A stretch of 55,589 bases of DNA, filler included, from Asterionella formosa (Eukaryota), in the NCBI GenBank assembly GCA_002256025.1. It is 4 parts of 4 records of this genome, joined end to end, with 100 filler letters (N's around TTAATTAATTAA, not from the genome) between each part and the next. Parts side by side here need not be neighbours in the genome. Positions count along the whole stretch, not along the records: positions 13,937 to 27,761 come from NKIB01006394.1; positions 27,862 to 41,678 come from NKIB01006397.1; 2 more parts are not named here. One strand, 5' to 3'. Positions 24,101-36,193 of the stretch are shown here, in pieces. A program made the translations under genes and the position numbers. A model generated the notes under the pieces. It saw only the letters and a program-made list of their open reading frames with translations. It did not search any database and had not been told where the DNA came from. The first letter of the stretch is position 1; each line of letters opens with the position of its first letter.

Positions 24101-26837
24101 GCTTAAATGGCATGTTTACACACCTACGATATGGATCATACCCCTAAGTCGAGCAATGACAGTATCCAAGCATATGCAAAGTGGTTGTGATGGTGAAAGC
24201 TAATTTAACCTATAACAATTTTATTAACTTGTACCGGATGTGTGGATTGACGTACATCAAAAAAATATTTTGGGAAAAAAGGACCTCGCAATTTGTAACT
24301 GCGGGGCCGCAACCTTACCGTAGTAACAATATCCGGGATTAGCCTTCTGGTAAACAATACATTGAGTCGGCCATGTGCGATATTTCAACAAACTCGAAAG
24401 TTTACTCAGTTTAGCCTCAGCTGTTCTTCTCATCAACCAATGCATTATTGGATGTTCCTGCATCGGTGATGACGTTCAGCCGATACATTAAAGGGCAATC
24501 CTGCATTGTGATGACGTGTATTAGGATTTTTGGGAGGAAACAGCACCTCTCATCGAACAGATGCATTAATCTGGCCAACAGTGCACAGACTTCGCTTTTT
24601 TCTATCGTGCTCCTGTTGTTTCATTGTGCTTGCGTTTCTGTTACTTTTCAATGTCATACGGTTTCTGGCTGCCCTGCGTCATCATTTTCGATGAAAGATT
24701 CTTGTTCGCGTCATTTTGTTCCTGCCAACCGGGATCCACATTACCTGTAGCTACATACTATGTATTTTCGAGAACGATTGTTCTCATCATTTTTAGTTCC
24801 TTGTTCTAGGGACCGGGACTGTCGCACTAGCTAGGATCCCCATTATGTAGGTCTTCTTTGCGTTAGTAGCCGAATACTCTCACTATTCATACATACGATA
24901 TTGGAAGCATTAGACCTACTTCTATTAATCTATACAATGAATTTCAGACAGATAGCTGGCTGATATGAATTGCACACATCAGGAGTAATTACTTGCAGTT
25001 AACTAGCTAGCTCTGAAAATCATAGTTGTGCTAGCAATAGCATAGAATCTGGAACATTAGCTTGAAACTTGCTGTGGATCAACACGCATTCTATCCACTG
25101 TATCTTTGCGTTTGTTCTTTTTAAATCATTTGCGTCATACACAGCACTCATGCCCGGAGAGGCAATACTTGACTCCGGAGCTCCAACTACTGAACATACT
25201 TTCATTACAAAGCAGGAGAGAATGGTTCATCGGCTCCATAGCCGTGTCCTCGTTGCCCCGGCCGCCAGCCACAAAGTGAATTAAGAATTCTTGTGCCTCT
25301 CCCATTGCTTGATGCAACTGGATGATATAAATCGACAAGAAATCCATGTTATAGAGGACTGACTGGCTAGTGATGACTGACTCCTAAGGACTCCGAAAAT
25401 GGTATGTGCATGCTCTACCCACAAGAATCTACAGCGAGGCCACCATTTTTTTCTCAGAAAGGTAGATGTATGGCTACCAAACGACTCTGCGCAGTCTGAG
25501 GCATTGTTTAGTCAGAATACTTATGAAAAATTTTAAACTTCATGAGTGACTAGTAATATAATCGATCAAAACAGGTCATTGTATCTTTCCTGGCGGTTGA
25601 AGGTTGTGGGCTCTTTCCTGATAATGTGCCTATCAGAGTAGGTAGTAAGTAGAAGTTGCTTTGTTGTTGGGAATGGAAGATTGCCTGCTCGCTTGTAACA
25701 TGTTGCCATTGTTTTCGATTACACCACTGTCCACTCTGTTGACTGTTTGTTCAGAATTGTGATTGCATCAACCTTGTTTTGCAAGCGCTGTGTGTGCATC
25801 TATTTTCTTATACTCTCTCTCACTCTGCACTTCTTCCGCAAACCTCTTCCTTTTCAGCTCTTCATCAACCACTTCAAAAGTTGAAGTACCTACCTGCAAC
25901 AACATGATTACCGGCTGTGTATTGTTTATTGCTTGCAATCGCCCTTCGTGATGTTTCTTTTCATTGGTCCTCGTGATCAACAAGTGTTCCAGTGATGCCT
26001 TGGCTCAAGTTTAGTCCGGATGGGGGAATGGAAGAGACTGGTTGATTATTGTTTGCTTCTGTTTGCAGATTCGGGGTTTTTCAGTTGAATTTCCGGGTGG
26101 AAGAAGAAGTTGTAGTTCATTGAACCTCATTCAGCAATAGCTTTTTGGTTTGTAACGAAATGGGCAAGGTATTCATCCCATGATTTCAACACCAGATCAC
26201 ACAATAGTACTAGTATGGCCATTAGTAGGGTTAATGTAAATGCATGTGTTCCACCGGTATGGATTCTACACCACCTGGTACTCCTACCTGGTACCAGTTA
26301 CTACTACCGGTAACTGCCTACCGGGATAGATGACTGGTACCAGGTACCAGGTACCAGGTTACCACTTCTTGGACTGCCAAACGATATCAGTAGAATTACA
26401 AACTGGGTATCCCGGTTGTTCTGTATATACCGGGCAACAATCTGATGCTCTCCTGGAAATTCCGTGGTGGCAGAATTTTGTTTTTTTTACAAAATATCAG
26501 TTACAACTGCTAATTATGTACTTCGGAGTATCTGTTGCTAAGTCTGTTATTTATTTATTTACATCAGCTCTATACGTAGAGTAGTATGTTGTACAGGTAG
26601 CATGCAAAAAATGTATTATTAACAGGACGTAAATAGACCATTTGTATCATTATGTATTACCAGGGGTACCAGGCATTGTAATGACATCTATACCATTCCC
26701 AGGTCTTTCATCGCTCTATGTAGTCATGTTTGTAGACCGGTATATGCCAGCACGATGTGCAATAATGAGGAGAATGGTTTTGAGATGCAACAACTCTTAT
26801 TGTGGGTGAGGGGGAGATATTCCGAGGAGTAGTGTAT

Positions 26838-27437
26838 CACCCCTAGCAGAACCACCAATTGGTATCATGAAAGCTACCAAGGCTATGCCAAAGCTTTGGC
26901 AAAGCTTTGTGATAGATTTGGACATATTTTGACTAAAAAGATTTGGAACTCCATTTCGAAAAAATTTCGAAATCACCTTTGCTGAGATTCAACACGAACT
27001 AAAGCTTCATTCCGACAAAGCTTGAAAGAAGAGTTCAGCAGCAATAAAGATTTGCTACCAACGGAAATGAGGCTTCCTGGTAGTTCTTTCGACATGGTAC
27101 CAAATATCCAAAGCTTTGGATGAATCATAAGAATTTCCTATTTTGAATCAATGCCACAACCTGGAAAATGCGTGAACGACAATTTATTAAGACGTAATAT
27201 TGCAGTTAAAGCATACGGTAAAGGATATTTGTAGACTACTTTAAGAAAACCGTGGTTTGTTTGTGAACTAGGCCATGATGAAGTTGGTCTCAAAAAAGCT
27301 TTGCCAAAGCTTTGGAAAATATCTGTCCAAATATTTCAATGCACCTCTCGTGGAATAACACGATGAAGCTAGAGGTATCTCCGTTTCAAATCATCCAAAG
27401 CTTTGGCAAAGCTTTGGACAATTCGAAACGGAGATAC
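26838..27437. repeat. Palindrome-rich element with repeated CCAAAGCTTTGG; probable non-autonomous DNA transposon
   Basis: Motif clusters at ~26888, 27108, 27296 and 27394. Hairpin GTATCTCCGTTTC..GAAACGGAGATAC at 27375-27437. Confidence 0.6.
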
Positions 27438-27861
27438 AATAATGATACCAGAAGTTTTTTTTCGGATTATTTGCAGTTAGTCTACTGAATGTGTGGTATG
27501 CACGGTTTATTGTAACATACCCCGGTAGCAGTACCAGGTACCAGACGAGATATACAATTCTCTCCGTATGGACTTGGCAGTGGTAATTTGTCAGTAGCTA
27601 CATAGAAACATTTTTAGGCTAGCATCATGTTTCCACGACCAAATCAATTCCAAAATCCAAACCGGGAACAAAATGTTCTTAGCTCTTGATTCCTTCATAC
27701 ACAAAAGCAAAGCAGCTTAAGGTTGCGGCCCTCGGCTGAGTAATAATAATCACGTAAAAAANNNNNNNNNNNNNNNNNNNNNNNNNNNNNNNNNNNNNNN
27801 NNNNNTTAATTAATTAANNNNNNNNNNNNNNNNNNNNNNNNNNNNNNNNNNNNNNNNNNNN

Positions 27862-28143
27862 TCGCTAGTATTTCGTTGTTGTTGCAAAAATCAGAGTGAT
27901 GATGGATGGAAATGATGAGCCAAATTACATTACTTCAGCTGGTACATTATCCTACCAAGAAAATCGAATACAGGAATCTAATAGAAACAATACATATAAT
28001 AATTAAATATATGTAGTCAACAGGGTTACTATTTAAATTACAAGGGCATTTATCAAAATTATTAGATGATGTAACAAAAAATTACGATCAGATGATCACA
28101 ATCCTATGATGCATCATGGGAATATGATAGTTTTTATTTGCAG
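27862..28143 (+). repeat. Dispersed repeat, copy 1 (copy 2 at 44383-44651)
   Basis: Colinear high similarity over ~270 bp between two different scaffolds. Confidence 0.9.
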
Positions 28144-29151
28144 ACTTATCCACCAATTCATGGCCCGATTCCATTCAAACCATTTGTATAGTCGATAATA
28201 TACATTAAAACTTAAAGAGAAAAGTCATTTATTAGAATTCGGATAGTAAATGATTCAATAGAGCATATTCATTCCGATCTGATGATTTTTGATTTCATCA
28301 GCCATGTATGAAGTATTTTGTTGGTACCTTTCTCATAGATAGGCACTTCATTTCGTTTTCTCTATCAATTCATACCCGATTCCACTCAAACAATTTGTAT
28401 TTGATAGTAGACATTAACTCCAAAAGACTATAAGTCCAACACTTCAAATCTGTTATGAAATGATTCGTTCTGCAGCTTTTACGTTGATTGTGATGTGATA
28501 TTTTGTTCGTTCTCTTTGTATTTCTTGTCCAATCATTCTACAAGTCAATTCAGAACCGCTTCGTAATGTTAATTTAAATCATTGTTAAAAGGATTTGTAG
28601 TATGAGATAACAAAAATTCTTTCAGAAATGAGTGGTTTATTGCCATAAACATGATTTGATAGAAGCTGATAAGGGAAAGAAGATGAAAAAATGCCGATAC
28701 ACAAAAAGTATGCATTTTTCGCAAGCTTTTTTAAAATCATACACTGATCTGTGTATAATCATTTTTAAGCAATACATTCCCTTGAGCTAACAGAATTGAT
28801 TCTTGATACATAGAAATGTTTCATGATATAATAAAAATGTAGCTTAATCCAAAAGATTTTGATCAGAATCTAAGTAAAACGTTAGATACAATGGGAGTTT
28901 AATTTACAATTGCTCGCTTTTTTCCTGAACACCCCTTTTGACCTAAACCTAGCTAAACAATGGAAGAATTGACACCCTACTATTGGTTGCGAGCAAACAG
29001 CACAACATAATCAGGTAAATGATTATGATACATTCTACATAGGTCTTAATAAGAAATTAGAAAATAAATCATTTCGATCAAAAATTTTAATGCCATTAGT
29101 GGGTCGATTCATCCTGTAGTTTTCTCTTATCCTAAAAATTAGCAGTCGACA

Positions 29152-30084
29152 CTATCTTTTCCTCTCTTTCTGACATTGATAGATATGTAACACATCAGGC
29201 TTTGATAAACCACATGAAGCAATGTCTACCTCAAGAATAATTGAAAATAGTTGGTGCATTCCTTGCCAAAATAATTCATGAGCTGCCTTACCTCGCTGCT
29301 GATAGGACACCAGCACAATTGGAGTATGCTGGATCATAAATTTTTCCAATGTAGCTATCAAGGGCGGGACAAGTTCTTGGACCCACACACAATCAGCCAA
29401 CAACACTACATCTGCCAACCAATCATTGCCACTAAAGTCAGGAGGATGAAACCAATCACATTTCCGACACTCAACTTCAGTTGATGTTACAATGTTCTTT
29501 TGAACATTTGCTTGCATCAATGGCAATGCATATGGCAAATCCGTCATAATAACGCGTTTGGCACCCAAATGAGCTGCGGCAATACCCACTAAACCAGTTC
29601 CAGACCCAAATTCCAAAATGTTTTTGCCTTGCACGAGGCTACTACAACTATGCTCCAAGTAGTTAGTAAGTAACAAGGCTCCATCCCACACTGTTGAACC
29701 AGTACTACTACAATGATGGCTGGGCCGTTCATCCACATGTATTACATGTCCACGGATACTCTTGGTTCCGTTGTAATCAAAGTATCGCCCGACGAGTTGC
29801 AACGGGGGATGAGTTAACGGTGGGGTATTCTCCACAACGATACACCTCAACCGTGTCCCAAAGGGACCCTTGAGATTCTGTAGTCTTACAAACGTATGAT
29901 CATAATATACTTCAATGACAGCATCGCTGCGATGGATGTGATCTAAAATGGCTTGTTGAAGGGCAGTGCCTGAGACCACTACAGGACCATCACATGAATC
30001 GTCGTGAAGTAGCGAGAGTCGAATCTTCTGAGTTGCTGCTCCTTCGTTGTTCAATAATACAATGAGAAAGGAGACGACTGGCAT
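29152..30084 (-). CDS. METTL21-like protein-lysine methyltransferase (Methyltransf_16)
   Basis: TGSTVWDGALLLTNYL, GKNILEFGSGTGLVGI, VIMTDL and DVVLLADCVW. Confidence 0.88.
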   Translation of the reverse strand: MPVVSFLIVLLNNEGAATQKIRLSLLHDDSCDGPVVVSGTALQQAILDHIHRSDAVIEVYYDHTFVRLQNLKGPFGTRLRCIVVENTPPLTHPPLQLVGRYFDYNGTKSIRGHVIHVDERPSHHCSSTGSTVWDGALLLTNYLEHSCSSLVQGKNILEFGSGTGLVGIAAAHLGAKRVIMTDLPYALPLMQANVQKNIVTSTEVECRKCDWFHPPDFSGNDWLADVVLLADCVWVQELVPPLIATLEKFMIQHTPIVLVSYQQRGKAAHELFWQGMHQLFSIILEVDIASCGLSKPDVLHIYQCQKERKR

Positions 30085-30836
30085 GAGAATTCAGGTATGG
30101 CACCAGTTGGAAGGAGAGGTACACATTGTCTGCAAAGACAGGGGTATATCACAGGTAATGGATTTTCCTCATGTGTATTTGCATTTTGTATTTTGATTCG
30201 ACGTGGTGCCATTTTCCTCCTCTGTGCGGGAGGAGAGCGATCATGGCGTTTACTCTATGCTGTATACAGGTATGTTAACTTAATTAATTAGACCACGGTG
30301 GACTACTCCTTTGGTCTACTCCGTGTTTGAATCCCGATCAGCCGAACTCAGCAAGAATACCGGTGTGTATTTATTCACGCTCACGTATGATACATTAAAG
30401 CAAGTGGGATCCCGGTACTTCCATGAATGCACAGGTAACTACCGGGTACCCTGGTACCTGGTACTGTAATTGGAAATACCACGTATATTTAGTTGTTCCG
30501 GAACATAACGGCAACTGGCATGTGCGGTACCTGCATAGGTAATCCTCTACGACACAACCATGAAACAGTGTCGGCTTGACTTGCACCAAACAAACAAGCA
30601 ACCCATGTATGATACATATACCGGCACGTGTGTAAGTGTGACATCATCTGGATTGTTCGAGTCTATTGACTCAAACAGTTACCTCTTTACCACTTTCTAA
30701 AATATACGACGGCTCAATTCGATCACCCACCAACAAACAGAAAAAAGTGCTCACTCACTGGAGCTTTTGTTTTGCCGAGAAGGTTGAGCCATCGTTATAC
30801 TTTCCTTTTATCTTTCTCTATTTTAAATTTCGCACC

Positions 30837-31572
30837 ATGGTTTCCAAGAAGCAAGTAAGTAACAACCGGAGGAGGCAACAATGCACCACTGTGCCTGCCT
30901 GAGATGGTTGTTTTTCGCTGTTGTGTTGGCGGTGGCCATAGCTCTATGTACGCACATGGCATCCCGTTAGGAGTCACGAAAATCGATGGAATACATCGCG
31001 TTCTACGGGACCACTGTATGTACTCCCACAATACGCCCGACTGTGGTGGAGTAGAATCGATTTGGCTTCTATTCGAGGATGTGGCCCTGGCCCATGATGC
31101 TACTGCTGCTGCAATACCACAACAACAAACGATAACATCCATCTCTACAGAATGAGGTGGTCATGAGTTTCCATCACTGCTACCTGTTTCAGGCCACGGA
31201 CCATATACATACAGTAACGACCATGGTGCTAACTCTTTTAATCCATTACACCAAGTACAGAAGAAGAGTCAAGACTCGATGAACTCCCGCCTTCAGCTTG
31301 TCATGAAGTCTGGAAAGGCCATTTTGGGATACAAGGCCACTGTCAAGGCGCTTCGAAAGTCCAAGGCCAAGATGATTCTCATTGCTTCCAACTGCCCTCA
31401 TTTGCGCAAATCGGAAATTGAGTATTATGCTATGTTGGCCAAATGTACTGTTCATCATTATGCTGGTGACAATGCTGCTCTCGGTACTGCCTGCGGTAAA
31501 TTCTTCAACACCTCCGTCATGTCCATCATTGATGCAGGTGACTCTGATATTTTGACCAATACTAAGGAATAA
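30837..31572 (+). CDS. RPL30: 60S ribosomal protein L30 (eL30); join(30837..30854,31261..31572)
   Basis: [54 protein letters not shown]. 406-nt GTAAGT..TACAG intron with a GCTAAC branch. Confidence 0.97.
30861..30912 (+). promoter_or_regulatory. L30-type kink-turn RNA element at intron position +7
   Basis: AACAACC-G-GA-GG-AGGCA / UGCCU-G-CC-UGA-GA-U-GGUUGUU: 7-bp stem, G.U pair, tandem G.A/A.G pairs, 3-nt bulge, canonical stem. Confidence 0.75.
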
Positions 31573-32198
31573 ACAGTAAATAAGTAAATCGTTCAAAATA
31601 ACTAGCTATTTATTGTGTTTTTTAGGTTTGTTGCACCTACAGTATCATCATTTACAATGAATTCGCAATGTTCAGGCAAACCAGTTACTACATTCCAAAA
31701 CATCCTTGTTCTCAACAACCAAGAAATGGAGTTGAAAGCTCAGCCGCACTCCTTGTGTCAAAGTGGCACCTTTCAGTATGAATGAAGGTCCAATGCGGTT
31801 TACAAATTTTAGTCACAGCATCCAAATCCTATTTGCACACAACAACAGCTCCATGTGCTACAATCGAAATTTTCAATAGCCCTAGATTTGCCTGACAAAT
31901 TCAACTGCCGTTTACTCAAGGGAATTGGATTGCTGATATCTATAGCCCCTCGATTAGCTTGCCTTTCACTTAATAAGGAAATTGGACTCCCAAAATCAGA
32001 AGAGAGTGGAATGAACCAAGATTTGAATGCAGGAAATGATGGCTTTCTGAGAAGTGTCAATGGTATATACATCCCTGCTACCTTCCAGCGTGTTTCAGAC
32101 TCATATTATTTTCGTTGATGAAACAAGTAACGGTTCATCTATAAAAGTATGTGGCTTGTGGTTGGAAGGGACGCAAGGCAGTAGAGGAAAGCCACATG

Positions 32199-32422
32199 GG
32201 GGCACCATTCCAGCTTGTTTTTGCGCAGCTCTATTTTCACCTCCTCCTGATAACAGCAGCACTGCCATTTCACAAGCTCTTCTTGAATCTTGATTAAAAA
32301 TAGCAATATGTAATCATGGTAAGGCAGTTGATCAAGATCAAATGAGGGCACTACCATTCCAGTTTGGTTTCGTGCACTATTCTTTTCACCTCCTCCTGAT
32401 AACAGCAGCACTGCCATTTCAC
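32199..32422 (+). repeat. Direct repeat of ~75 bp, two copies
   Basis: accattccag..ttttcacctcctcctgataacagcagcactgccatttcac at ~32204-32273 and ~32353-32422. Confidence 0.9.
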
Positions 32423-32627
32423 CAGATATTTCAGTAGATATATGCCTAAGCAACAAGAAATCATGGTTTAATGTATATGAGAAACACAGGAGAGGCGATT
32501 AAAGTGAGTTAGTGTTGCTTTAGAAATTGCAAATTTATCACCACATCGACATCGCATCCACGATTCTTACCTTTAATTTCCTTTAATTTACTTCTCTAGT
32601 ATCTATGTACTGTTTACCACATCACAA

Positions 32628-32970
32628 GGGAATGGCTTACAGTAGTGGGTTGAGCACCTTGTCTTTGATCTAAGGTTGTGAGGTTTGATTCCCGCAATTT
32701 TTTTGAGAGTCATTCCCTACTGTCCTGCATGGTCTTGCTTGGTGTGCAAGAAAAAGTGGGTTCGCCCCCTACAAGCAGCTTGAGCCGCCTTCCTAGGCGG
32801 TCGCAGTTTCCCCTAACTCTGCGGCTAAGACAATCACCTTTCATGAAAGGTGGTTGGGGACTCACCAACGCTAACAAAACTAGGGGAGCACAGGTCTTGT
32901 TGGCGGGCAGCACAAGGACTGCTTGCCTTGAAAAGGGAGAGTAGGAATGGGCTATAAAATAGATTATAAC
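32628..32970 (+). mobile_element. tRNA-headed SINE family 1, copy B
   Basis: Colinear with copy A. Possible degenerate target-site duplication tttaccacatcaca / tttacaccattaca. Confidence 0.75.
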
Positions 32971-34237
32971 TTTATATTTACACCATTACATTTGCGGATC
33001 ATCGCTGAATGGTATTACGATAGAGAAGTAACTTGTTAGTTCATACAGCAGGGAAAGGCAAAGAAATAAACAATGCCAACATACCAAGAAAAGCGCGACA
33101 ATTGAGGTTGACCTGAGAGAAGAAGCTCAGAAAGAAGAACAATTTCATCAAACCTTATCATGTAGAGGCCATCATTGTCATTGCGAAGATTTCCTTTCAG
33201 TATGAATTTCCAATTATATGGTGCAAGAGTGATGACAATAGCATGAATAATTAATTAATAGTTTGATAGTCAAATGTACCAGACTGCTATAAAATGAACA
33301 CACAAAAATACTGGCACGGTCTGCAGTGTTGTACGAGTCTACAATGAGGACCTATAATTTTAACACCACGCTTCAAACTAGTACCATCAGTAGTAGAGGA
33401 TGAATAAGGACAAAAAGTATGAATGTATTCCTGCTCAGGGTTTGTTGTCCAAGGTAGTAGCCCTTGTAAGCGCTACAAAGTACATGATTATTTAGCTGAG
33501 ATAATGTGAAATTTCTTGTACATTCAAAATCCTACAGTGTAGTCGTTGTGATCAGCTGGAGCATCCTGCATCATGTACTATCAGCCTTGACCATGACGAA
33601 ATAGCGGAAATCTCTACAATAATTGAGAACAACGCTTTACTTTTCGGTATCTATAGACTATCAAGCACAACAAAGAAAATACAATCAAAATAAAATAATT
33701 TAAATAACAATAATATTGACAACGGAAACTGAAGCCACCAATGGCACATTTTTCTACATTATCTAGAGCTACACAATTCAAAACGACGCTGTTGCAAACA
33801 GATTTGACATTTTCGCAATAGCTGAGCAATGAATAAGACAACAACTATAGAAAAAACATGATAGGTTAAAGCAAAAGATGTTAAAATAGATATTTATCAA
33901 CTGAGAGTTGATTGATTGTACTGTACAGACAATTTGTGTGGTTGTGGATTCAGGTATTGGCGCAAACAGCTCTTTGGCAGTTGATATCAAAGAAATCAGA
34001 AAAAAAATAATTGTATTCGAAATTGGGGACTCATCATTTAATTTTATAGTGAGACCAGCATAATGTTACTGTGAAATGACGTCATTTCGCCATAATACTG
34101 TTGCGAAGTCTATTTGGTGAAAAAAATTGTTGCGAACTCACATAATTGATGGTTTGATCACATAAAAGGTTAATCACTTATAACGCGCTTTCTAAGACGC
34201 CCCTTGTGGTTACACGTAGGTTTTTTCGTAGCACGGC

Positions 34238-34465
34238 CTGCCGACAAGACCTGCGCTTGTTAGGGGGAACTCCGACCGCCTAGGAAGGCGGCTCAAGCTG
34301 CTTGTAGGGGGTGAACCCACTTTTTCTTGCACACCAGGCAAGACTGTGCGGGACAGTAGGGATTTTGGGAATCCAACCCAACAATTTCTTCTCAAAAAAT
34401 TGCGGGAATAAAACCTCACAACTTCAGATCAAAGGCAATGTGCCAAACCAACTGAGGCATTCCCC
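34238..34465 (-). mobile_element. tRNA-headed SINE family 1, copy C (internal ~70-bp deletion, 3' truncated)
   Basis: The reverse complement starts GGGGAATGCCTCAGTTGG and matches copies A and B. It jumps from cccctaac to aagcgcaggtcttgtcggcag. Confidence 0.75.
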
Positions 34466-36193
34466 TGTTTTGATAACATAATTATTTGTCATTTTAGACA
34501 TAAACTCGAAAAAGTTTCAGAGAAACGGCGTCTTTGGTGGAACCATCATTTTCGTAGATATGATCAGCCCTACAGTTGAAACTGACTCCACTATTCCATA
34601 CAAGAACACATCCACTATGATGTTGACTTTGATCGCGTCTTTTGTAACTCCAAACATCCAGGTCTTTCTTCTCCTACTCCTAAATCATAGTAAAATCACG
34701 CTGCACCATCACCACCAAAAGATACAATCGCGCCTATGCTCCTCCACAACTACCACACCAAGTGAAAATTAATTCAGCACCAGACATCTCCTTCTAAGCC
34801 AATTTAATAATCGGTTGCTGCTTCTCCTGGCCTGATTGAAAATTTCATTTATTTCGCTTTGTCGATGTGAAGAATATGAAAGTTGAGAATTCTTAATCAA
34901 CACACATTGACAATTATCACACAAACTTTATCCTAACCCATTTCCGTTTTCACTGTTGATTCTATTCCCTGCTTGTGATTGTTGCTTCATACCTTTTGAT
35001 TTGCATTTTATTTTTTGGTTCCTTAAAGATATCATGTCGAATTTTCGATGCTTGTCACAATCATTTGTGTGTGCTCATTTATCATTCATCTTTGGTGCTC
35101 CATGCAATTCTGATGCTGTGTTGATTTCTAAACTTCCTTATCAAAATTCTACACCTTATATTATCTGATGGTCCCTGCATATTCATAGTATTGGCAATGC
35201 TGTCAGTGGCAGTGGTTGGGTTTGTTCATGTGTATACTTTGTATTCATAAGGGTCATTCAGAGAATCCATTGCTTGGTATTTGCAAATTCTAGTTGTTGT
35301 CAGCAAATTATAGGTATTGCTAACAAGTTTCAAATGTAGAAGGAGATTCATTTTCATATTCTGAAACAAGAAGATGCGTTTGTTGAAATGGGTTGTCCTC
35401 ATTTGTCAGCAAATCCAAGTCGTGTTCAGTAGCTAGCTGGCAGTTCTGCAAATCTTCATCGGTCAATTAAGATTACTAATGTTTTGCTAAATTGCTTAAA
35501 GGAATATTTCTTCAATCAAAATTGGCCTATCTTGCCCAGCAGGCATGGCATGAATTGGGAAGGAGTAGAAAAATTGAAATGGTGCACAGAAAACGTGTAT
35601 CATGCAGTCTGCATTTACCTACAGGTATTGAGCAGTTGAGTATAGGCGCTGCTAGTGGTACATACAAATACCGAGAGGTATCTGTTGTTCAAGTATATGG
35701 CGCCTACTCCAGCGCGCTCCAGTACTGCCCTGGAATGACCGGTCAAGATCTTTCTCACGCCGGTCGTCTGCAGATTCTTCTGCTATTTAAATCCTGTCTA
35801 TGTCCGTTTAGACATTCCTCAGACTACCTAGTCTTCGGACACCTGTCGACATCAACAGCCTAACAGACACACTCTGACAATCATGTGCATTAGAGCTCCT
35901 ACATAGTCTCTATGCATCTCGTAGGTCCTTGGTCTGTCGTCACCATCAGGGGGATCAGATCACTAAATCAGGGTGAATGAGACGACAACGTGAGGTTATC
36001 GGCCATGAGAATGAGCAGATCTGAAAGCCACCCTTGCAAAGTTGTCATTGTGAACTCCCCAAAACTCCGATATGATCCCCTTCACCCACCTGCTCCATAT
36101 TAATGATGGTCTTTCCAATTTTCTTTCTATTGATGAGGGTATTGAATCGTCATTGATAAAAAACAGTTCATTGGTTCGATTCCATAACACGCC

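Noticed and set aside
24305..27730. 13-bp inverted match GGCCGCAACCTTA (~24305) / TAAGGTTGCGGCC (~27718)
   Set aside because: Short, and the putative termini face away from each other, so they cannot delimit one element.
31080..31215. U17/snR30, RNase MRP/P or box C/D snoRNA in the RPL30 intron
   Set aside because: No AUAUUCCUA/AAACCAU motifs, no P4 consensus, and no downstream CUGA box D.
29152..31572. Functional link between the divergent lysine methyltransferase and RPL30
   Set aside because: Head-to-head gene pairs are common in compact genomes, and nothing in the sequence ties the two together.
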